Positions 37,611 to 48,769 of a stretch of 64,000 nucleotides of DNA are shown here, one piece after another (the first letter of the stretch is position 1; each line of letters starts with the position of its first letter). The notes below the pieces were generated by a model that ran no database searches, was not told where the DNA came from, and saw only the letters and a list, made by a program, of their open reading frames with translations. Source of the stretch: Alphaproteobacteria bacterium. GTDB taxonomy: Bacteria; Pseudomonadota; Alphaproteobacteria; Bin95. A program made the position numbers and the translations under genes. Location: the NCBI GenBank assembly GCA_022827685.1, contig JAJEIH010000014.1, forward strand, positions 3,801 to 67,800. The letters are read 5' to 3'.

Positions 37611-38246
37611 TCAGCCGAACACCTCCTCGAAGCCGGCCCGGAGCACGGAATCCACCTCGGGCATGGAGGCGGTGATGCCCTCGGCCGCGAGCGAGGTGAC
37701 ATCGAAGCCTTCGACGCCGCAGGGCACGATGCCGTCGAAATGCCCGAGATCGGGCTCCACATTGAGCGCGATGCCGTGGAACGCGACCCAGCGGCGCACG
37801 CGCACGCCGAGCGCCGCGATCTTGCGCTCGGTCCTGCCGCGGCGGACCCAGACGCCGATACGCCCCTCGCGCCGCTCGCCGACCAGGCCGAAGCGCGCCA
37901 CCGTCCGGATCAGCCATTCCTCCAGGCCGTACACATAGGCGCGTATGCCGAGTCCGCGCGCCTGGAGGTCGATCATGGCGTAGGCGATGCGCTGGCCCGG
38001 CCCGTGATAGGTGTAGCGCCCGCCGCGGCCCGTCCTGAACACCGGGAAGCGGTCCGGCGCCAGCAGTTCGGCCGGGTCGGCGGAGGTGCCGGCGGTGTAG
38101 AGCGGCGGATGCTCAAGCAGCCAGACGAGTTCCGGGGTTGTCTCCTGCCGGATGGCGCGGACGCGTTCCTCCATCGCGGCGACCGCCGCCTCATAGCCGA
38201 CGGGCCGGTCGTCGATGCGCCATTCCACCGGCCTTGAAAGCGCCAT
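37611..38246 (-). CDS. lipB: Lipoyl(octanoyl) transferase
   Basis: [26 protein letters not shown] and C...GVEGFD motifs. Confidence 0.9.
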   Translation of the reverse strand: MALSRPVEWRIDDRPVGYEAAVAAMEERVRAIRQETTPELVWLLEHPPLYTAGTSADPAELLAPDRFPVFRTGRGGRYTYHGPGQRIAYAMIDLQARGLGIRAYVYGLEEWLIRTVARFGLVGERREGRIGVWVRRGRTERKIAALGVRVRRWVAFHGIALNVEPDLGHFDGIVPCGVEGFDVTSLAAEGITASMPEVDSVLRAGFEEVFG

Positions 38247-38302
38247 CGCGATTTGCTATCCCGCACCCGCCTTGAGACGGGCAGTTTAGCGCGTCTCCGA
38301 GA

Positions 38303-38390
38303 TGCGGTCGTGGCGGAATTGGTAGACGCGCAGCGTTGAGGTCGCTGTGGGGGCAACCCCGTGGAAGTTCGAGTCTTCTCGACCGCACCA
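38303..38390 (+). tRNA. tRNA-Leu (anticodon GAG)
   Basis: Acceptor GCGGTCG/CGACCGC, anticodon arm CAGCG-TTGAGGT-CGCTG, long variable arm, T-arm GAAGTTCGAGTCTTC, encoded CCA. Confidence 0.85.
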
Positions 38391-38417
38391 TGAGCCCGGG
38401 AAATTCGGAGGGATACG

Positions 38418-39797
38418 ATGGCTGAGCCCCATACGGTCCCGCGCGCCGATGACCGGGCCGACGACACCCTGGCGCTGACGCCGGACCTGGTCCGGCGCGT
38501 CCTCGAGGCAGGCGACGCCGAGGCCGTTCGCGCCCGGCTTGCTCCTCTCCATGCCGCCGATGCCGCGGACCTTCTGGAGCGCATAGCGCCGGACGAACGC
38601 TCCGCCGTGCTCGAGGCGCTGCGGGGCGCGCTCGACCCCGACATCCTCGCGGAGCTCGACGAGACGGTGCGCGGCGAAGTCGTGGAGCAGATGGCGCCGC
38701 AGGAGCTTGCGCAGGCCGTCGCCCGGCTCGACGACGACGACGCCGTGGAAGTTGTCGCCGATCTCGACGAGGAGACCCGCCGGGACATTCTGGCGCGCCT
38801 GCCGCAGGCGGACCGCCTGGCGGTCGAACAGGCTCTGACCTTCGAAGAGGACACCGTCGGGCGGCTCATGCAGCGTGCGACGGTCGTCGTGCCCGCCTAC
38901 TGGACCGTCGGCGAGACCATCGACTATCTGCGCGCGGACGCCTCCCTGCCCGATACCTTCTTCGACATCTTCGTGGTGGACCCGCGCCACCGCCCGGTCG
39001 GAAGCCTTCCGCTTTCGCGCATCCTGCGCAGCCGCCGGCCGGTCGGGCTGGCGGAGATCATGGACGGCGAACCGGTCGTGCTGCCGGTCGCCATGGACCA
39101 GGAGGAGGCTGCGTTCCTCTTCAGCCAGCAGGACCTGACCTCAGCGCCGGTGGTCGATGATACCGGACGGCTCGCGGGCGTGCTCACCATCGACGACGTG
39201 GTCGATGTCATGGACGAGGAGCACGAGGACGACATCCTGAAGCTGGGCGGCGTCTATGAGGACGACCTTTACCACGCGGCGGCGGCCACGACGGCGAAGC
39301 GCTTTCCCTGGCTGCTCATCAATCTCGGCACGGCGGTGCTCGCCTCCGTCGTCATCGCGCAGTTCGAGGCCACCATCGAGGCCCTGGTCGCGCTGGCCGT
39401 GCTGATGCCCATCGTCGCCTCGATGGGCGGCAATGCCGGCACGCAGACGCTCACCGTGGCCGTTCGCGCGCTCGCGACGAAGGAGCTTTCGGCCACCAAC
39501 GCCATGCGCATCGTCTTCAAGGAGGTGCTGGTCGGCGGGTTCAGCGGCATGCTGTTCGCGGCGATTGCGGCGGCGCTGACCTTCGCCTGGTTCGGCAATT
39601 GGCAGCTGGGCGCGGTGATTGCGGCGGCGATGGTCGTCAACCTGCTGGTCGCGGGCCTCTCCGGCGTCGCCATTCCGCTCGCGCTCGACCGGATGGGGAT
39701 CGACCCGGCGATTGCGTCCTCCGTGGTGCTGACCACCGTGACCGATGTCGTCGGCTTCTTCGCCTTCCTGGGGCTTGCCGCCGCGGTGCTGCTGTGA
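38418..39797 (+). CDS. mgtE: Magnesium transporter MgtE
   Basis: N-terminal MgtE-N domain, tandem CBS pair, and a C-terminal 5-TM MgtE domain (GNAGTQT...). Confidence 0.9.
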   Translation: MAEPHTVPRADDRADDTLALTPDLVRRVLEAGDAEAVRARLAPLHAADAADLLERIAPDERSAVLEALRGALDPDILAELDETVRGEVVEQMAPQELAQAVARLDDDDAVEVVADLDEETRRDILARLPQADRLAVEQALTFEEDTVGRLMQRATVVVPAYWTVGETIDYLRADASLPDTFFDIFVVDPRHRPVGSLPLSRILRSRRPVGLAEIMDGEPVVLPVAMDQEEAAFLFSQQDLTSAPVVDDTGRLAGVLTIDDVVDVMDEEHEDDILKLGGVYEDDLYHAAAATTAKRFPWLLINLGTAVLASVVIAQFEATIEALVALAVLMPIVASMGGNAGTQTLTVAVRALATKELSATNAMRIVFKEVLVGGFSGMLFAAIAAALTFAWFGNWQLGAVIAAAMVVNLLVAGLSGVAIPLALDRMGIDPAIASSVVLTTVTDVVGFFAFLGLAAAVLL

Positions 39798-40288
39798 GCG
39801 CCGTCATCCGCCCGGTGCAGGACAGCGATGCGGAGGGGCTGATCCGCCTGATCGACGCCTGCTGGTCGGCCTATGAGGGCTGCATCCTCGATGTGGACGG
39901 CGAGGAGCCGCAGCTGCGCGCGATGCGCAGCCACTTCGACGCGCTCGGCGGCGAATACTGGGTTGCGGAAGGGGCCGGCGGTCTTATCGCGGCCGGCGGC
40001 GGCTGGGCGCCCGCGGCCGACGCCGCCGGCGCCGAGCTGCATAAGCTCTACGTGCTGGCGGAACTGCGCCGGCAGGGGGTCGCCCGGCGCCTGGTCGCCA
40101 TGGCGGAAGCGGCCGCGCGAAGCCGGGGCAGCCGCTTCGTCGAACTCTGGTCCGACAGCCGTTTCCTGGAGGCGCATGCCTTCTACGAGGCGCTCGGCTA
40201 CCGCCGGACCGGCAGGACCCGCGAGTTGAACGACCTGTCGAACACGACGGAGTTCCATTTCGTCAAGGAGCCGTTCACCGTATCGTGA
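39794..40288 (+). CDS. GNAT-family N-acetyltransferase
   Basis: Acetyl-CoA-binding motif (RRQGVARRLVAMAEAAA) and GNAT fold length. GTG start overlaps the mgtE stop. Confidence 0.7.
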   Translation: MSAVIRPVQDSDAEGLIRLIDACWSAYEGCILDVDGEEPQLRAMRSHFDALGGEYWVAEGAGGLIAAGGGWAPAADAAGAELHKLYVLAELRRQGVARRLVAMAEAAARSRGSRFVELWSDSRFLEAHAFYEALGYRRTGRTRELNDLSNTTEFHFVKEPFTVS

Positions 40289-40348
40289 TTGGCCGATGCC
40301 GGGTGCGGGACCGATCTTTCCCGGCAGGAAACACATCCGGAGGACCGT

Positions 40349-40807
40349 CCGATGCGAACCCTCTTCACACGTCTTGCGGCAACCTCGCTGGTCGTCCTGC
40401 TGGCAGGCTTTGCGGCCGCGAAGGAGCCCGTCTTCCAGCGCAGCGGCGCCGCCATCCACGGCTATGACCCGGTCGCCTATTTCGAGGCGGGCGAGCCGGT
40501 CAAGGGCAAGTCGCGCCACGAGGTGGAGTGGAACGGCGCCAAGTGGCGCTTCGCGAGCGCGGCCAACCGCGCCGCCTTCGAGGCCGACCCGGAACGCTAT
40601 GCGCCGCAATATGGCGGCTACTGCGCCTGGGCCGTCTCGCAGGGCTACACCGCGCCGATCGACCCGAAGGCGTGGAAGGTCGTGGACGGCAGGCTCTACC
40701 TCAACTACTCGAAGTCGGTGCAGAAGAACTGGGAGAAGGACATTCCGGGCCATATCGCATCGGCCGACGGGCACTGGCCGCAAATCCTGGCCGAACTGTC
40801 CAACTGA
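40349..40807 (+). CDS. YHS-domain periplasmic protein
   Basis: Signal peptide. AIHGYDPVAYF...WNGAKWRF and QYGGYCAWAV...DGRLYLN YHS-type motifs. Confidence 0.7.
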   Translation, partial: PMRTLFTRLAATSLVVLLAGFAAAKEPVFQRSGAAIHGYDPVAYFEAGEPVKGKSRHEVEWNGAKWRFASAANRAAFEADPERYAPQYGGYCAWAVSQGYTAPIDPKAWKVVDGRLYLNYSKSVQKNWEKDIPGHIASADGHWPQILAELSN

Positions 40808-40834
40808 CCGCGTATCGGCTAGGGTCGGCCCGGT

Positions 40835-41308
40835 TTGAGAGGAGGGCCGCGGCTCGTGGTGAAGATCGCAACGCTCGCCGAGCTTGAAGGCTGGGTCGGC
40901 AGGGAACTCGGGGTCAGCGACTGGATCACCGTAGATCAGGACCGGATCGACGGGTTCGCGGAGGCGACCGAAGACCGCCAGTGGATCCACCTCGACACGG
41001 AGCGCGCGAAGACGGACATGCCGGGCGGCGAGACCATCGCCCACGGCTTCCTCACGCTCTCGCTGACCGCCGGGCTGATGGTGTTCTCGGTGCCGGGCGC
41101 CAGCCGGGCGATCAACTACGGCCTCAACCGGGTGCGCTTCACCAACACGGTGCCGGCGGGCTCCAGGGTACGCCTGCGCCAGAGCCTGGCATCCACGGAG
41201 CCGGTCAAGGGCGGCGGCGTGCGCTGCGTGGTGGACAACACCATCGAGATCGAGGGAACCGACCGCCCGGCCATGGTGGGCGAAGGGCTGATCGTCTTCT
41301 ATCCGTGA
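40835..41308 (+). CDS. MaoC-family (R)-specific enoyl-CoA hydratase/dehydratase
   Basis: Hot-dog fold signature (DRQWIHLDTERAK...IAHGFLTLSL). Confidence 0.75.
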   Translation: MRGGPRLVVKIATLAELEGWVGRELGVSDWITVDQDRIDGFAEATEDRQWIHLDTERAKTDMPGGETIAHGFLTLSLTAGLMVFSVPGASRAINYGLNRVRFTNTVPAGSRVRLRQSLASTEPVKGGGVRCVVDNTIEIEGTDRPAMVGEGLIVFYP

Positions 41309-41322
41309 GCCGCGGCAAGGGC

Positions 41323-41409
41323 TGGTGGCCGCTGAGGGACTCGAACCCTCACGGGCATGCGCCCCACGGATTTTAAGTCCGGTCTGTCTACCGATTCCAG
41401 CAAGCGGCC
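41323..41409 (-). tRNA. tRNA-Leu (anticodon TAA)
   Basis: Acceptor GGCCGCT/AGCGGCC, anticodon loop CTTAAAA, long variable arm, T-arm GAGGGTTCGAGTCCCTC, encoded CCA. Confidence 0.8.
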
Positions 41410-41421
41410 ACGGGGCGGAGA

Positions 41422-42975
41422 CTACTCCCTGCGGGGGAGGCGCGCCAGATTGAGGGCGGGCAGCATCGCGAGCACGAAGACGATGCCGAGCGCCAGGAAG
41501 CAGTCCCGGAAGCCGAAGGCCAGCGCCTGGGCGTGGACGACCTGGCCCAGATAGTCGAGCGCCGCGCCGAGCCGGGCAGGGTCCGGCAGGCCGGCGATGC
41601 CGAGCCGATCGGCGACGGTCTCGAGGAAGCCACGGCTCGCCGTATTGGCTGCGGTCTGCGTGGCGGCGAGCGATTCCGCGTGCCAGTGCGTCCGGAGTTG
41701 CAGCCAGACGACGATCAGGTTCGTGCCCGATGCGCCGCCGAACTGGCGGATGAAATTCATCGCGCCCGAGCCCTGCGCGAGCTTGTCGTTCGGCAGCGCG
41801 CGAAGGGCCGACGCCGAGAGAGCCGGCATGATGAAGGACATGCCGACCCGGCTGATCATGGTGAAAACGGCGAAGGCCCAGAAGCCGGTATTGGCGTCGG
41901 CCGAGGCCATCAGGAAGGTGCCGAACGCGAAGCAGGCGAGCCCGGCCAGGATCGGGATGTGGTCGGGCAGGCGGTCGGCCGCGCGCCCGGTGAGCGGCAG
42001 CGCGAAGACGAGCAGCAGGCCCGCCGGCATGAGCAGCAGGCCGGCCTTGGTCGCGGTGAAGCTCTGCACCTGCTGGACGAAGACCGGGATGACATAGCCG
42101 GAGGCGAAGTTGCCCGCCCCGAACACGAAGGCGACGATGACCGCCGCCGTGAAGGCGCGGTGGCGGAAGAGCGACACGTCGAGCAGCGGCGCCCGGCTCC
42201 TGATCTGGATGGCCACGAAGGCCGCCGCCGCAACGGTTCCGAGCACGGCGTAGAGCAGGATATGGTCGGACAGCCAGCCCTCGCGCGGTCCCGACGCCGC
42301 GGCCGTCATCAGCAGGAAGAGCGCCGCCCCCAGAAATACGAAGCCGAACCAGTCGAAGGGCGGCAGCCTGCCGATGCGCCCCTTGGAGGGCATGAAGATC
42401 ATGCCCGCGACCAGCGCGACGCCGCAGAAGGGCAGCGGCAGCAGGAACATCGCCCGCCAGGACAGCGTGTCGATGGCGATGCCGCCGACCGCGGGCCCGA
42501 GCGCCGGCGCCAGCACGACGCCCGCGCCGTAAACGCCCATCGCCATGCCCCGGCGTTCCGGCGGGAAGACGGTGAAGATCGTCACCATCGTCATCGGCAT
42601 GACGATGCCCGCCGCCACGCCCTGCAGGACGCGGCCGAGGATGAGCATGTCCATCGAGGTGGCGGTGGCGCTCATCAGCGCGCCCGCCATGAAGACCGCG
42701 AGCGTGAGCGCGAAGCCGAGCCGCTGGCCGAACGCCTCGGTGATCCAGGCGTTGAGGAGCTGGCTCGCGGTCATCGTCGCGAGGAAGGCCGTGGCCATCC
42801 ACTGCGCCTGGTCCTGGCCGACGCCGAACGCGCCCATGACCTCCGGCACGGCGACATTGACGATGGTGGCCGACAGCACCATCGAAAAGCCGCCGATCAG
42901 GCCTGAAAAGGTCACGAACCAGCGGTAGTTCGGGCCGAAACGGCGGAAGAGGTCGTCGACCGTATCGGCCTGCAT
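41422..42975 (-). CDS. MFS transporter, DHA2 (EmrB/QacA, 14-TM) drug-efflux family
   Basis: 517 aa. Characteristic N-terminal region (IVNVAVPEVMGAFGVGQDQAQWMATAFLATMT). Confidence 0.85.
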   Translation of the reverse strand: MQADTVDDLFRRFGPNYRWFVTFSGLIGGFSMVLSATIVNVAVPEVMGAFGVGQDQAQWMATAFLATMTASQLLNAWITEAFGQRLGFALTLAVFMAGALMSATATSMDMLILGRVLQGVAAGIVMPMTMVTIFTVFPPERRGMAMGVYGAGVVLAPALGPAVGGIAIDTLSWRAMFLLPLPFCGVALVAGMIFMPSKGRIGRLPPFDWFGFVFLGAALFLLMTAAASGPREGWLSDHILLYAVLGTVAAAAFVAIQIRSRAPLLDVSLFRHRAFTAAVIVAFVFGAGNFASGYVIPVFVQQVQSFTATKAGLLLMPAGLLLVFALPLTGRAADRLPDHIPILAGLACFAFGTFLMASADANTGFWAFAVFTMISRVGMSFIMPALSASALRALPNDKLAQGSGAMNFIRQFGGASGTNLIVVWLQLRTHWHAESLAATQTAANTASRGFLETVADRLGIAGLPDPARLGAALDYLGQVVHAQALAFGFRDCFLALGIVFVLAMLPALNLARLPRRE

Positions 42976-43055
42976 GAAAGACGGATCCGTCGGGAAACGG
43001 CCGCCAGCTTAGCCGGGATTCCTCCCCGTGGTCACGGTCCGCCGACCCGCCCCCG

Positions 43056-45164
<2,109 letters not shown>

Positions 45165-45289
45165 GGCTCGGTTCCCCTCGGATCGATGGAAGCGCCGCCG
45201 GCGCGTGTAAGCGATGGACCCCGGACCCTCAAGCCCCGATTTGTCGCATGAGCGGGACTGGCGGCGCGGCTGCACCTTCGCGCGGCATC

Positions 45290-45900
45290 GGGGAGGCGCC
45301 CGGAAGTGTCATGGAATGTCATGGTCTGTCATGCGATGTCATGATCGGCATGTTTGCGGCACATATCCTGTAGTCCTTTCGGGCATGACGAGAGCTGCGG
45401 CCCTCGGGCCCCGTTCGCCGTCCCCCGCGAAGGCGGGGACCCGTCCCTGACTCGCGGTGGCATCGCAGTCGGTGGAGGTCGGCCGGGCCATGGGGCTCCC
45501 GAGAGAGCCGGGGCCGGCCTCCGGTTCTTCGCTTTGCTCCGTCCGGGGTGACGGACCGGGGCGCCGCATGTCGTTCCTTCATCTCGTTTCGTTCCACTCC
45601 GCTCCGTTCTCCCCGCCGCCGGCCCGCCAGCGTCGGGACCCTGATTCGCGCGTATCCTGCGCGTGCCTGTGCCCGCGCGGGCGCGCGTATCGCGGCGGCG
45701 CGGTTCGCGCGCCTGATTGCGCGCGCGAGACGCAGGACGCACTTGTCCTGTCGGCTCCTCACGTGTTTTTTCGCGCCCGCGCGGCCACGGGAAGGAACGA
45801 CTCCCAGGATGCCGTTTCCTTCCTCCTGCTCAATCTGGTGGTTGAGTGCTCTGGTGTCAAGCTTAAAATACGAAATATTTCTTATTTTTTGAGCAAGCTA
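45290..45900 (-). repeat. Intergenic repeat element, copy C (inverted orientation), immediately upstream of and co-oriented with hppA
   Basis: The reverse complement carries the AT-rich tract + TTGACA-17-CAGATT module (45832-45860), GCAGGAGGAAGGAAACGGCATCC, the block CGCGCGCGCAATCAGGCGCGCGAACCGCGCCGCCGCGATACGCGCG, the block CGCGAATCAGGGTCCCG, and the heptad array. Confidence 0.65.
45307..45353 (-). promoter_or_regulatory. Array of four perfect plus one degenerate 10-bp-phased heptads (TGTCATG on the + strand, CATGACA relative to hppA), ~145-190 bp upstream of the hppA start
   Basis: tgtcatggaa tgtcatggtc tgtcatgcga tgtcatgatc ggcatg, read directly from the sequence. Confidence 0.55.
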
Positions 45901-45940
45901 TTGATTTTGTTCCGGTCCGAAACGTCAGGCGTCCGGGCAC

Positions 45941-47125
45941 TCAGACCACCCGCCGCCGGCGGGAGCCGGCGAGTATCAGGGTCGCGAGCAGTGACACGGC
46001 GATCATCGGCAGGATGCCGATATTGATCCAGTCCCAGCCAAGGTCCTCCAGTATGCGGCCGGAGAACAGCGCCGAGACGGCGATCGAGCCGAAGACGACG
46101 AAATCGTGGACCCCCTGCACCTTGGCGCGCTCGGCGGGCGTGTGAACCTCGGTCAGCAGGGCGGAGCCGCCGACGAACATGAAATTCCAGCCGACGCCGT
46201 TGAGGAACAGCGCGACGGCGAAATGAATGAGCGTGATGCCGGACAGGTTGACGGCGGCGCAGACGGCGATCAGCGCAATGCCCGCAAGGATGATCGGCCG
46301 CGCCCCGAAACGGGACACCAGATGGCCGGTGAAGAAGGCGGGCAGATACATGCCGACGACATGCGCCTGCATGACGCTGAAGGTGTCGTCCGTGTCGAAG
46401 CCGCAGGCTTCCATCGCCAGCGGCGTCGGGCTCATCACCAGCGACATGGTGGAGTAGGCGGCCGCCGACGCCAGGATGGCGACGATACAGGCGGGCTGGC
46501 GCAGGATTTCGAGCAGGGGGCGGCCCGTGTCGCGCCGGTCTTCCGCGCTCATCGTCGGAATTTTCACGAAGGCGAGAAGGCAGAAAGAGAGGAGATAAAG
46601 CCCGACCAGCGAGAGATAGCTGCCGGCGTAGAAGACCGGCGCCAGCCAGTCGAGCGTGTGCTTCGCCAGTTCCGGGCCGATGATGGCCGCCAGCAGCCCG
46701 CCGGCCAGCACCAGAGAAATCGCCTTGGGCCGGAAGTCGGGCGTTGCGATGTCGGCGGCGGCGAACCGGTAGAAGATCGCGAAGCCGTTGAACCAGCCGA
46801 CTATGGCCACGCCGAGGCAGAAGCCCCAGTAGCTCATGTCGTAGATCGCCTGGACGGCGATCAATGCCCCTACGCACCCGATCACCGTCCCGAGCATGAA
46901 CCCGGCGCGGCGTCCGATCCGGCGCATCAGCAGCGAGGCCGGAATCGTGGCGCTCATGACGCCGGCATGATGGAAGAAGAGCGGCGCGGTCGCCCACCCG
47001 GCATCGTCCGCCAGCATCCTGCCGACCAGCGGCGCCGTCACGATCATCAGGGTCGTGGCGGAAATGTAGAGCGCCTGGCAGATGGCAAGCAGCAGCACAT
47101 TGCGCTTGACGGGATCGTTGAGCAT
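45941..47125 (-). CDS. MFS transporter (12-TM)
   Basis: Hydrophobicity pattern and MFS signature region. Start placed at MLNDPVKRNV. Confidence 0.75.
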   Translation of the reverse strand: MLNDPVKRNVLLLAICQALYISATTLMIVTAPLVGRMLADDAGWATAPLFFHHAGVMSATIPASLLMRRIGRRAGFMLGTVIGCVGALIAVQAIYDMSYWGFCLGVAIVGWFNGFAIFYRFAAADIATPDFRPKAISLVLAGGLLAAIIGPELAKHTLDWLAPVFYAGSYLSLVGLYLLSFCLLAFVKIPTMSAEDRRDTGRPLLEILRQPACIVAILASAAAYSTMSLVMSPTPLAMEACGFDTDDTFSVMQAHVVGMYLPAFFTGHLVSRFGARPIILAGIALIAVCAAVNLSGITLIHFAVALFLNGVGWNFMFVGGSALLTEVHTPAERAKVQGVHDFVVFGSIAVSALFSGRILEDLGWDWINIGILPMIAVSLLATLILAGSRRRRVV

Positions 47126-47202
47126 TACGAACCGCCCGGAATGGGAAACGCCGGACCTTACCCGCAAACGGGGCCGGCCGGCGGCGCAAAAATGCGCATG
47201 GG

Positions 47203-48107
47203 TCAGGTCGTCCCGTCGCGCACGAAGGGATAGATCCGGATCATGTCCTGGGTCGGGTCTGAATCCGCGAAGGCGGCGACGGTATCGTAGGCGCGGATGA
47301 TCGTCGGGCAGGGAGCGCCGTCCGCCCCGGCGGTTTCGACGAAGAGGCCGAGGTCCTTCTTCACGACATGGGCCTCCGCTCCGGAGCCGTCGAATTCTCC
47401 CGTCGCAACATGCTTCGGGAAGGCATGCAGGGTCGTGAAGTTCTGCCCGGTGCTGGCGTTGATGACCTCCAGCATGGTCGCGACGTCGAGGCCGGCGCGC
47501 TCGCCGTAGGCCACCGCCTCCGAGGAGGCGACGAGGCCGGAGATGTTGAGGGCGTTGTTGACGAGCTTCATCGTCTGGCCGAGCCCCGGTTCAAGCCCGA
47601 CATGGAAGATCGTCCGCGACCAGGCCCCGACCATCGCCCGCACGCGGGCGAGCACCTCTTCGGGGCCGGACGCCATGCTGGCAAGCGTGCCTTCCTCGGC
47701 GCGGAATTTCATGCCGGACACGGGGCTGTCGAGATAGGCAATGCCCGCCTCGGCCAGGATGCGGGCGTTCTCGCGCGCGGCGGCCGGGCCGATGGTGCAG
47801 GTATCGACCACGATCTGGCCGGAATGCGCGGCGGCTGCGATCTCCAGCACGACCTCGCGGTTGGCGGCGACGGTCGGCAGCGACAGCGCGACGATGCCGG
47901 CCCGGCGCGCGACCTCGCCGTTGGACTGCGCCGTGGCCGCGCCCGGTCCGCGGTGCCGGCAATGTCATGGACGACCGTCTCCCGCCCGGTCGCGGCGGCA
48001 TGGCGCGCCATCGGGCCGCCCATGTTTCCCAGGCCGATAAAGCCGAATGTGTCGTCCGCCATGACGCTTTCCTTCCTTTTGCGCCAGCATACCGCCATCC
48101 GCCGCAT
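47203..48107 (-). pseudogene. 3-hydroxyisobutyrate-dehydrogenase-family (HIBADH / 2-hydroxy-3-oxopropionate-reductase-like) NAD(P)-dependent oxidoreductase, with a frameshift near 47930-47960
   Basis: N-terminal Rossmann motif (FGFIGLGNMGGPMARH) in one frame (48107 downward). The rest (GEVARRAGIVALSLPT...SPVSGMKFRAEEGTL...GLGQTMKLVNN...) continues in a frame shifted by one base and terminates at 47203. Confidence 0.6.
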
Positions 48108-48318
48108 CCCGTAGCCGCGGATTCCCGGTTTAACATCGCAGCGCCGGGATTGTAGGCTTGCGCTTTCGCGCCTTGGGAGAGGTTCGATCCAGACCGGGTT
48201 TGCAGAGGCGGAGCGGACGCGATTCAGGAGCCTGCTGGCGCTGGCGGCCGGCAGTTCCTATGACGGCGAGCGCGAGGCGGCGCTGGCTGCGGCCAGGCGG
48301 CTGGCGGCGCGCCACGGC

Positions 48319-48711
48319 ATGTCGCTTGCCGAAGCGGCCCGCGGGGGCGGCGAACCGGAACCCGAACCCGTGCGCGGGGAAAGCCCGTTCGAGCGGATGC
48401 GCCGGGCGCGCGCGGCGGCGCGGGCCCATGCCTTCCGGGAGAGCGAAAGGCGGGCGGATGAGGATCGCGCCCGCTTCCGGGCCGCCTGGGACGATGCGCT
48501 CCGGCGCGGACTCGACCGCGAGGAAGAGCCTCCCGCCAGACGGGCGGGACAGACGTTCATGTGGCGGAGCCGGCGGCGGCTGGAGCCCGTCCAGCATGCG
48601 ACGGTGCTGCTCAACGAAACGCGCCTGCCGTTCTCCGAGATCGCCGAAATCACCGGCCTCGACCGCTATGACGTGGTGGGCCTCAAGCTCAAGCTGAGGG
48701 ACGTCATCTGA
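48319..48711 (+). CDS. Hypothetical protein (Arg/Glu-rich; frame open upstream to ~48115, so the start may be a non-ATG codon upstream)
   Basis: ORF with coding-like composition upstream of the carboxyltransferase gene. No family recognised. Confidence 0.4.
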   Translation: MSLAEAARGGGEPEPEPVRGESPFERMRRARAAARAHAFRESERRADEDRARFRAAWDDALRRGLDREEEPPARRAGQTFMWRSRRRLEPVQHATVLLNETRLPFSEIAEITGLDRYDVVGLKLKLRDVI

Positions 48712-48769
48712 GCCCGGTGGCCGTCTCGCGCCCGGCTGTTGCTGCTCGGCCTGTCGAAGGATTGCAGGG

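Noticed and set aside
37596-37611. Inverted repeat GCTGAGC-N11-GCTCAGC between the convergent cytochrome c' and lipB genes as a bidirectional terminator
   Set aside because: Only a 7-bp stem with a large loop and no U-tract. Too weak to call.
37041-41409. Three tRNA genes as possible genomic-island integration sites
   Set aside because: No integrase, direct repeats of tRNA 3' ends, or compositionally foreign DNA adjacent to any of them. The neighbours are core genes (lipB, mgtE, MFS).
45548-45892. Conserved 'ORF' shared by repeat copies B and C on the strand opposite the element's promoter (…FAPAR…PRMPfPSSC)
   Set aside because: The similarity is fully explained by ~80% nucleotide identity of the elements. 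The frames are Arg/Ala-rich without a start context, and copy A does not share the frame.
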